From contig OZ076409.1 of the NCBI GenBank assembly GCA_964187785.1, forward strand, positions 92,196,001 to 92,260,000: a stretch of DNA of 64,000 nucleotides. The letters are read 5' to 3'. Both the position numbers and the translations under genes were made by a program. Shown here piece by piece: positions 1 to 9,780 of the stretch (within the stretch, counting starts at the first letter, position 1; each line of letters starts with the position of its first letter). The notes under the pieces were generated by a model. That model had not been told where the DNA came from. It saw nothing but the letters and a program-made list of their open reading frames with translations, and made no database searches. This DNA is from Amphiscolops sp. MND2022 (taxonomy: Eukaryota).

Positions 1-1696
1 ACTGAAACGAGAGCTACTTGCTTCTCTTGATTAAAGAACAACAGATTGTTGTACTGGTTTTATAGAGTGCTATACGGTTACTCTGTCTCAAATTGAGAAC
101 AGTTCGACTTGAAGAGTCAAACAAAAGCTAAGTTATTTAAGTCTCCTATGACCCAGCTGAAGCTGTGGTTTTTGGTTTAGAGTCAGTATATTTACCAGAC
201 TTTGGTTTATAGTCTACTATAAAGCAGAGACCATTCAATCTTTGTTGAACAAAGATGGTATGATAGCTTCTGTTCGAAGTCAAAAGTCAATTAAAACTCC
301 AACGTAAGAGAAGATTTGCTTTAACGATGAAAGCAGATTTTTGTTTTGTTTTAGATTGAAAAATTTATAAGACTAAGACTCAGCTTGCCTTTACTTGAAG
401 GCAGATTTGAAAAAAGTTATAGATTTAAATTGCTTCAATATTAAAGCAGAGTTTAAAAGCTTAAGACTTAACTTGTTTTGGCTCGGAAATATTTTAAGAT
501 AAAAATGCTTTACTTGAAAGCAGGTTGGAAACAGTCTAAGACAAATTTGCTCAACTAGAAAGCAGGCTTGACGAAAGTTTAAGATAGATTTGCTTTACTT
601 GAAGCAGTGTTGAAAGTCGTCTAAGACAAGACTGAGCCAAAACTTGTAAAACTTTAAGAACAATTGATAAAAGTTTAGGTTAAGAAGAAGATTGAAAACT
701 TAGACAAAAAGCACAAAGACTAAATTGAGTTAAAGTTAAAGTTAAGAAAATATCTTAGAAAAATGAAAGCTCCAAAAAGAAAATTGAAATGGTTTAACTA
801 ACAAATGTTGCGCCGCGCTGAAGATGGGGATTGAACCCGTGAGTGAAGATTGTAGAGTTGAAGATGAGTGATTTATCAATTTAGTATTTTGCCAAAGGAA
901 GAGCTCTGAGAATTGAAAATTTGGTCTGCTTTTATACTAAATTTGACCGCTTCGTCAACCAATAAAATTGAATCATTACTATGATTGGCTGACGAGCATG
1001 ACGTCATATGATGTCAAGTCATATGATCTGACAAACGAGATCATTTTGTATGTGTATTTCGTGGGTGAAGCGTCCACGAGAAAATGATGTCATTTGACGT
1101 CATGACCAAATATGGAATGTGTCCGGCGTCGCTGGACAAAGGGAGTGAACACGTTCGAGCGTGTTCAGAATTCAGAGCTGGGTGAGAAAATAGCATAGAT
1201 AAAAAAAACTGCGCAAGTTACAAAAGATAAAACTACATGTTACAGGTTTTGAGTTTACTTCTTTTTGGATTTTGACGGTAAGTTTCTTTATTTTTGTTTG
1301 CCATAAGTTGCACACGACAAAGTATATACATTCATATAATATTCTCTTACTAGTGAAATATTTTTATTCAACAACAAAATTTGCTCTTTCGTGTGTGTGT
1401 GTGTGTGGGGGGGGGGGGGGTTGGGGTTGTAAATTCCTAACAAGGTGTACCTGGGGGAAATAGATGACATGGTCCGGAATTTGTTTTTCTAAATAACAAA
1501 AATTGGAGTCGCTTTGTTCTCCTTGATAGTTTTTCGACCCCTTAAGAAATATCTCTTCTTACTATAATCACAGTTGAAGTTAAGTTGAAGATTTCTTCTC
1601 ATGAAAAGTAAATATTGACGTAAGTATAAGTTTTTTTGTACTTCATGCAATATATTCACAGTTGTGGATACGTCTTATCCACATCTTCGTTTTCAG

Positions 1697-1840
1697 CTAA
1701 AATGTCAAGTGACCCCTGGAAATTACAAACACGAACATAACACAAGTTTCCTGGCTTTTGTGGTCGACAAGAATGATGGCATTGAGGATACATTCAATCC
1801 ACGATTCTACGACTATTTACTCAATACTTCAACTATCCCG
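1697..1840 (+). CDS. possible isolated coding exon of an unidentified gene (LKCQVTPGNY...STIP)
   Basis: tttcag acceptor at 1691-1696, open 144-nt frame, gtatgt donor-like site at 1841; no recognisable domain. Confidence 0.3.
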
Positions 1841-2688
1841 GTATGTTAACCCTTCGCAACCTCTGTGCTTTCCAAAAACTCAAAAAATTCACATGGATAT
1901 CAAAATTCTCGATGACTTCTCGTATAACTTATTCGTTTCATTTTCCACGAACGTTGTTCACAATGGTTTAAGGATTAGTTGATAGTTATTGTGAATCAAT
2001 TAGAAATAGAATAGTAACGAACGATAATTTTGTTATTCGTAATTACCATGGTATAATTAAATGAAGCATTGGTACAACCAAGTGTGAACATGAATAATCC
2101 AAAGTCACAGAGTAGTTAACTGAATAAGACGTACTGAGTAGTTTTTCACTTTTCAACTGAAATTAATGTGAAGTGCGAAAATGTGTTGAGCTTTCTGAGT
2201 TGAATTTTCCGTACCCCCTTAATGTATGCCATATCTCGAATCTTCTCAAGCGAATATTGAAAAAGTCCCTCAAACATATGCGTGACAAAACAGCCGATTT
2301 TGAAACGGGACCAAACAGCCGATTTTCAAAACGGAACAAAATGAGTGCTGATATAGCCAATATGCATGGAACTTGATTTTTTTGAAGAGTTCATTAGCTT
2401 GTACCGACTTACAAAGGCTGTCAAAAATTATTGGCCATTACATTAATGGCCATACATTAATGGGAAAAAATATGTGTTCCATACATTAATGGAAAATGAA
2501 ATAAGCCATTAATGGCCATTATTTAAAAATTTTTAACCGGTCATAATCAAAGCATACCGATTACAAAAAGGAATTTCCAAGCACAAGCAAACAAGAAACT
2601 TCGAACCCACACACAGTTAAGGCCCATTCAACAAAATGCTACTCACTGGCCGAGCATTTATGATGAAGAAAAAACTGCATGTGAAATA

Positions 2689-2883
2689 TTGAAAAATGAA
2701 AACAATGTTTTGGAAATTAGCAGTGACGGAGATTCTGATTATGCAGGCAGTGTATTGAAAAGAAAGAGAGCTCGATTGTCCCCTACAAATTCGTACATCA
2801 AATGCGATTTCCTCGAGCCAACATCAAACAGAGTCGAAAGATTTTTCAGTTCCGCCGGTCTTGCCTATTCCGAGTATCGTAGC
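2689..2883 (+). pseudogene. hAT transposase C-terminal dimerisation domain, 5' half
   Basis: PTSNRVERFFSSAGL matches the hAT P-x-S-x-x-x-ER-x-FS-x-AG motif. Confidence 0.75.
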
Positions 2884-3150
2884 CTAATTGTTGTGATAAA
2901 CTTATTAAATAGGGTTGAGTCTGCGAGGCAATGAAATTCAAAATGACGCTCAATCAGGCGGTATCGAATCAATTGTGGATACACCTGTGATCAACAGGTG
3001 AAGAAAAATGAATAAATAAATAAATAAATAAAATGTTCTAGAATCCTGAAACTATTACGATAATTAAAACCGGGACCCAGTTAAAATGGCATGAATTTGC
3101 TTTTCTGGGTCCCCTCCAATTTCAGCTAGTCTCTGAAAATAGTCTCTTTA

Positions 3151-3520
3151 TTTTTGCACATGACGAAGTCAATGTGCATTGCAGTCCAGCTAAAGAAGTT
3201 TTTTTTCCACAATAGTCAACTTGATAATGAGCGCCTTTTAGAAAAGAGTCAAAACCCCAGAGAGATTCGAACCTGCAGCCTCCCGATTGCACGGCATAAG
3301 CGTTGACCACTGTGCCATAGGGACGTTATTTAACAAAGTTGAACTGTTGAATATATACGCATGCGATTGAATATGTACGATTTATATATATACAACGTAG
3401 AGCTATCTTTAATATATATACAACGTAGAGCTATCTTTAATATATATACAACGTAGAGCTATCTTTAAAATAATCGATGTCTTCGTCATGTGTTGCAAAG
3501 CACCGCTTCGCCTCTGTGTT
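3151..3520 (+). mobile_element. HINE/DINE-1-like (Helentron-associated) element with internal tRNA-like cassette and 3x tandem repeat
   Basis: T-run then subTIR cacatgacgaag (3157-3168), inverse cttcgtcatgtg (3481-3492), 3' hairpin 3495-3511; second copy at 43828-44126. Confidence 0.65.
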
Positions 3521-3572
3521 AAATGTTTAGTTATTTATTTTTGTTCTAGTAGTTGTAAATTGGAGAAACCAC

Positions 3573-3581
3573 TAATAATAA

Positions 3582-3616
<35 letters not shown>
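3573..3616. repeat. (AAT)n microsatellite, left boundary of YR element 1
   Basis: direct reading. Confidence 0.95.
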
Positions 3617-3619
<3 letters not shown>

Positions 3620-6242
3620 TTATTTCTTCTATGGCATTAACGACCGAGAATTTTGGAACCATAGAGAGTCCGCGAGCCGATTTACCCTTGGCCATAGGTG
3701 GTTTTGGACATTTGCTTTTATAGGAATTTTCCACGATAGCGGCAGTATTACCAATTTAACTACCTACCAAAATTAAGAGTGCATGCATATGCGCAGCTCG
3801 CTGCTATCAGCGTAACAAAGGAATAACCATTACGTAATTATACACTCTATGGCATGTGACGTCATAAGTATTCAGGCCAGGATTATTCGTTCAATGGGGT
3901 TCTGAAGTCATTTCAATACTTTGTAGAATTGTTTTTATTGTTCTGATCACATAACAGTTGTATATTTAAACTTCTTCAAGCGTTTTGAAACAAATTTGAT
4001 CAAAATAGTGATTCGACCATAATTACTCACAACACCAACATCAATTTCAATAGGACTTCCCATGGCAAAAGCGCTTAGATTGGTGTGCTGATGACAAAAC
4101 TGGGACTAAAATCGTTAACGAAGAGGGTTCAGATGACACCTTTCATCCCATTGAGTTGAACGTTGAAATGACTTTCCATTCGATACCACCAATTATTTCC
4201 ACAAAGCAAGCAAACAAATAAAATTTAACCTCAAAAACTTAATATCGAAATCGTGAGGAAAGACCTAAAAAGGAAAAATTGTTTTTGTTCTCAGAATCCG
4301 GAACAAATCCTAAAAAACAATCACTGAAAATGATTTCCCACAACTCAGTGAGACCCTGTTCAAAAAACCAGACTGATCGACTGGCTCAAAATGAAGTATT
4401 GTCACTTTATGACTTTTATTATGATAATTTTTTTATTAGACTTCCAGTGGCATAAGCAACAAATCTGAGCAAACTTTGACCCCCGATTTCTATAAACTGT
4501 CGCAAACAAACTATTGAACGAACGCTGTGATAAATTTCTCAAATCAGGAGCTTCATTATACTACATCAATGGGGCTTTTATTTTCTCGAAATGTTGGAAA
4601 ATAATCACATTTCGGTTTTTGTGCTGATCAATTTTTATTAGACACACTGTGGCAGTAGCTGCGGTTGATTTCTAGAAACTGTCGCAAGCAATCTACTGAT
4701 AGAACGCTGTGATAAATTTCCCAATTGAGGAGCTTCATTATACTACATCATTGGCGCTTTTATTTTCTCGAATTGTTAGGAAAAATCAGTTTTTCGGTTT
4801 TTGTGCTGATCAATATTTATGAGACACACAGTGGCATTAGCTACAAATCTGAAGATACTTTGACGGTTGATTTCTAGAAACTGTCGCAAGCAAACTACTG
4901 ATTAGAAAGCTGTGATAAATTCCTCAATTAGGGAGTTTTATTATATACATCATTGACGCTTTTATTTGCTCGAACTAGCTGGAATACATCAGCAGTTTGG
5001 TGTTTATGCCGAAATTATATAGTCCAAAATTTCACAAAAAACGTCGTTATATTACTTTTGTCAACTCGGGAAAGTGTGTTTTTTTGCAGAAACGCGTCAG
5101 ATATGCATCTGAGACAACAAACATTCATCTCGAAGCGCCTCAATAGATCTGCAGCCTATTGTTTTGTTGTCAAAGAATTCTGAGGAGAACCAAGACATTT
5201 TCAATAGAAATAAAAAAAAGACGAAAAAAGCTGAAAACATAGACTTAAATCAAAAACGAACTTCTAGAGCTGTGGCAACTGACTTAGACACCGTGTATCA
5301 ACCTCCCCATGCAACGAAATTACCCAATATCGTCGAAACGAGACTGAAATCGCAAAATGAACTAGAAGATAAGTTTGGTCACTTTGCGCAAAAAAGAATG
5401 AAATTCATCAAAAAACTCGATACTCGTTCTGGAAAACTCAAAAAATCAGGTTGGGGAATTATTGCGTTATTGAAATTTGAACTCACAAAAGCAGACAATA
5501 GAGATAAAATGTCAATTTTTGGCTCAATTGAAAATATTGAAGTTCAACTTTTTATAAACAATTTCTTTGAAGCTATTGTTGGCTTTGTCAGTTACGAAGT
5601 TTGAAACAGTTTAGTTATAATTTGGGCAGAATTATATTTGGCTATAATAATTTGTAGCTATCGCTGAAGTTTCAGCTATCAATTTGAAAGTAAAAGATGA
5701 TTTGAGTAGTTGGAAACTCATCACCTTTGCCAACAAAATTCCAATAGTAACTTCAATTTACCCAACGGAAGTCTTATAATAAACCTAAATTCAATTTTCT
5801 ACACTGAGAGTCTAATAATATTTGTAGATGCATATCAAGCTTGTACGGCCACCACACGATCGGAATAGTGTTGAGAGAAGTTGCTTTCAACGATATATCG
5901 ATTAGCCAATGAGAGTTTAGTTCGATTTTGTGTTCCCATTTTGTTTACAATTCGCGTCCGACAGTTCCGCTTGCTAGACATAGCGAGTCTGATAGTTCAC
6001 AAAAGGTACATCGAAAATGTTTGGGCGTCTGAAAACCGTTTTAAAACGTCATGACTCGAACGGAAAAATATGAAAAGTTGTTCTTGCTATTGGTGAAAGC
6101 GTTTTTGGGCTTTTGTAGTAATTAATTATTGCTTCTTTGCAGTATTTGACTTCATCGAAAGTTCACTGGAACCACAGAGAGTATTTGTGGTGCTATTGAG
6201 AGTAGTATAATTATCGATTTTTTGCCATAGAGAGTAGTATAA

Positions 6243-6244
<2 letters not shown>
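3617..6244 (+). mobile_element. decayed/non-autonomous tyrosine-recombinase (Crypton-like) element, copy 1
   Basis: left ~300 bp and right ~440 bp closely match the ends of copy 2; ORF 5164-5604 (FGHFAQKRMKFIKK...ELTKA) is homologous to the C-terminus of the copy-2 protein (FDQFAQKMMKFVKQ...KLTKA). Confidence 0.8.
4432..5010 (+). repeat. three ~190-bp tandem repeats derived from decayed recombinase coding sequence
   Basis: gatttcta.aaactgtcgcaa...gctgtgataaattt recurs three times; unit start ttattagacttccagtggcat matches 7861 ttattagactcccaatggcat (LLDSQWH). Confidence 0.65.

Positions 6245-6316
<72 letters not shown>
6245..6316. repeat. (AAT)n microsatellite at the junction of YR elements 1 and 2
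   Basis: direct reading. Confidence 0.95.
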
Positions 6317-6530
6317 GCTATAATTTCCTCTATGGCATTAAAGACCGGGAATTTTGGAGCCATAGAGAGTCTCCAAGTCAGTTTACCCTTGGCCATAGGA
6401 AGTTTTGGCACTTTGCCCCTATAGGAACTTTCCACGATAGCGGCAGTATTATCAATTTAACTACCTAGTAAAAGTAAGAGTGCATGCATATGCGCAGGTT
6501 GCTGCTATCAGCGTAACAAAAGAATAATCA

Positions 6531-6611
6531 TTACGTAATTATACCATCTATGGCATGTGACGTCATAGGTGTTGACGCCGCGTACTTGCGTTCATCGAGG
6601 CTATGACGTCA
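6531..6611 (+). promoter_or_regulatory. putative promoter motifs of the YR gene (TTACGTAA, two TGACGTCA/CRE palindromes)
   Basis: ttacgtaa 6531-6538, tgacgtca 6558-6565 and 6604-6611; the first two are conserved in copy 1 (3830-3837, 3857-3864). Confidence 0.35.
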
Positions 6612-6762
6612 TATCAATACACCTTTTGATTGCTCTCGTTTCTGTGCTTACATAACATTTGCATATCCAAACATTTAATTGCGCTTCAAAACAATTTTGA
6701 CCAAAATTTCAATTTCACTATAATTACTACATCTAAAGCTACTAATTTTTATAAGACTTCCA

Positions 6763-9002
6763 ATGGCAAGCAGACGTAGATCAAGCAGATTGTTAACAAA
6801 ATCAGATACAAAGTCAGTTGCAGACGAGGATTTAGACATTAGTTTGAACCCCAGCGAGCCCAATTTAGATAGTAGTTTCGGTTTGCCACTTCCCGGGCCT
6901 TCCACGCAGGCAATAATTGATGAATTGGCTGCCTTAGAAACTGAGATGCCAGACATTGATGACATCCCCGAAAGTCAACTTTTGCCAAATTTTTCCCCAA
7001 CTTCTGACAAAAACCCTTCAGAAAGTCTTGAAAACAGTACACCAGAGTTGTGCGAGCCCCCAAATGAAAATTCAGAGAAATCCCCTGGCCCAAAAACGAG
7101 CTTTGCATTGAAAAGAGGGAAAAAACCCAAACAGGAAAAAGAGAAGCAATGCCCTATATGCCCCAAAAAAGTTAATTTCTTCAGGCAGCACCTTGTCAAA
7201 ACACATGGTTGGGAAGGCAAACCCTTGAAGTTCCTGTTAAGTGTGTATTCGACGCAAAATAACAAGATGCCAGTGTATGAATGCCAAGAATGTCTTTATC
7301 GTTTCACGCATCGACAACGACACTTGAACGAATTTCCTGAACATCAAATAAAAAGGGTGACAAAAGAGGAGTTCCAAGTGTATCCCAACCCAATCATAGC
7401 GTATATGAGGTCAAAAGGGGTCCTTTCAGAACGTGGCGGTGCAATTCTGGCCCAATACACTGAATATTGTCGTGATAAATTGAAGAAACCATTGGCGAAT
7501 TTTCAGTTCGATGCTCTTTGCAAAGTGTTTCGCGGCACCCACAGTCTGAAAAGACCCGATTTGATAGGTGAAACCCTAAACAAGTTGAAAGACGACAAAA
7601 ATTATACTTACAGCTCAGTCAGAAAGCTTTGTTTTGACATTAAATTGTTTATCACGTGGATGAGCGCTGGCCACCAGAAGTCTTATAAAATCAACAAAAA
7701 CATTATCGACGACAATTTGAAGCTTTGGCTAAAAGAAACATCTAAAGAATGTTTGAAAGAACAAAGTAGAAGGAAGATAGAGCGATTTAGTGCAGTTCCA
7801 AGCATGGATGTCCTTTGCGAGGCGCAAGATTTGGTCGAGAACTTTATCGAGAGCAAGGTATTATTAGACTCCCAATGGCATCAGTTACAAGTCCAAGAAA
7901 AATTAGCACTTTTATTGTTTCAAATACATTCGCGGGCGAACTGCAGAGTGGGCATTTTGATGAGCTTCACAACTGAAGAGCTTGAGAATTACACACCTGG
8001 GACATTCATTCGCTCAAACAAGCACAAAACTGGCAGTCTTTTTACAAATTATGCGTACATCACACAGTCCGAAAAAACAATTTTGAGAGAAATACATGCG
8101 GAATACGAGGACAAATACGGTGTGAAGCCAACATCAATTTTTCCAGGTGTGAATGACAATGAACTGACGACGCAATCGAGTACAATAGCGCGTCTAATGA
8201 AGAAATTATTCAATATCAGTGCATATAAGTTTCATCCAAATGCGTGTCGGAAAGTTTGGGAAACGTATTATGAGAAGAACAAAGAACAAATTTCAATCGA
8301 ATTGCGCAAAATCTTTGAGTCAAATTCAGCTCATTCTGATAAAACAAGAGAAAAGCACTACGTGGCTCCACCGACGGACGCTGATTTGCAACAGTTGTTT
8401 GATGCTACAAACAATATTCGAATGAAATTCCGCGAAAAACGTCAAAATCCTAGTTTTACGAGCTCCCTAAAACGTGATTTATTCGAATTAGAAACTGACA
8501 CTGCATCTGAGAGTACAAGCCTTCTATCTCAGATTGCCCCCCGAGATCCACAGCCGGAATGTTCCACATCAAAGTTTCCTGATATAAATGCATCAACTCC
8601 ACTAAAATTACAAAAATCCAAAAAAATGCAGAACATTCAGACAATGAATCTGACGAGGCATCTAGCGATGAGCCAGCTGAAAAAGACTCCGCCTACTGCC
8701 CTCCCCGTTCAGCTAAAATAGCTAGAATACCTGAAGCAACCCCGAAAACGCGACACCAAACAGAACATCTTTTTGATCAGTTTGCACAAAAAATGATGAA
8801 ATTTGTCAAACAATGTGATCCCCACCTGGAAAAACCCTTTAAACAAGCCTGCGAAATCATTGCCTCGAAACGAGTTAAACTTACAAAAGCAAACATTAAA
8901 GATATAGTTTCGTCTTTGAACCTTAATGAAAAAGATGCTGATTTAGTTTTCAAGAAGGTTTACGCTAAAGCCTATTCTTCCTACGGCAGTTTAAAAATTT
9001 GA
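6763..9002 (+). CDS. C2H2 zinc-finger + tyrosine recombinase protein (652-aa ORF to 8721; about 746 aa if the A7 run at 8620-8626 is one A short)
   Basis: CPIC...HLVKTH and CQEC...H zinc fingers; catalytic-type residues R395, K422 (HKT), R496 (HPNACRK), H524, Y533 (AHSDKTREKHY); shifted frame runs open to 9002 and aligns with the copy-1 ORF. Confidence 0.85.
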
Positions 9003-9638
9003 AGAAATTTTGATGTAAAATGAGCTGAATTACTTGTTTGTACATTACGATCTAGCTTTGTTTGGAATTAGTTTGATCAGTTTTGATTAAAAGTGAAATG
9101 TTTAGCAGTTGGAATTCGAACATCTTTGCCAAAAAATGTCTTATGATAACTAGAGTTTTCCCAACGAGAGTCTAATAATAAAGCAATTTACATTGGCAGT
9201 CTAATAGTAATTCTTGCCACAGATATAAAAACAAGGCTGTACGGCCACCACACAATAAGAATAATATGTAGAGATGTTGTTTAGAGCAATAGAACGATTA
9301 GCCAATGAGATTCCAGTTCTATTTTCAATTCTAATTCTATTTACATTCCGCGTCCGACAGTTCCGCTTGCGATACATAGCGAGTCTGATAGTCCACAAAA
9401 GGTACATCGAAAATGTTTCGGCGTCTGAAAACCGTTTTAAAACGTAATGACTCGAACAGAAAAATATGAAAAGTTGTTCTTGCTATTGGTGAAAGCGTTT
9501 TCGAGTATTTGTAGTAATTTGTTATTGCTCCGTTGCGGTATTTGACATACTCAAAAGTTCACTCGAACCATAGAGAGTATTTGTGCGGCTATTGAGAGTA
9601 GTATAATTATCGATTTTTTGCCATAGAGAGTAGTATAA

Positions 9639-9640
<2 letters not shown>

Positions 9641-9672
<32 letters not shown>
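9641..9672. repeat. (AAT)n microsatellite, right boundary of YR element 2
   Basis: direct reading. Confidence 0.95.
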
Positions 9673-9780
9673 TTAAGCCCTGTGCATCTTGAAGAACAGA
9701 TGTTCTTGAAGTTTAACAAACCATTCTGGAACCGGAAACTAGTTGAAAATGCAATGAACTCTATTGAAATTTGTTGTAAT
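9673..9780 (+). pseudogene. hAT transposase dimerisation domain, 3' half
   Basis: LSPVHLEEQMFLKFNKPFW continues the motif interrupted after ...YSEYR at 2880. Confidence 0.7.

Larger units (their letters stand above)
6317..9640 (+). mobile_element. tyrosine-recombinase DNA transposon (Crypton-like, resembles CryptonV), near-intact copy 2
   Basis: single long YR ORF, no RT, no long TIR or TSD, flanked by (AAT)n on both sides, ends shared with copy 1. Confidence 0.85.

Noticed and set aside
1391..1427. (GT)n plus G-run ORFs, G-quadruplex
   Set aside because: Simple repeat; the homopolymer may be a sequencing artefact
3546..3734. poly-Ile/Leu ORFs here, at 6211-6435 and at 9522-9863
   Set aside because: Translation of (AAT)n tracts and element ends, not genes
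6763..8721. phage integrase or bacterial contamination; DIRS/Ngaro retroelement
   Set aside because: Embedded in eukaryotic TEs, has C2H2 fingers, and has no phage genes or RT/RNase H
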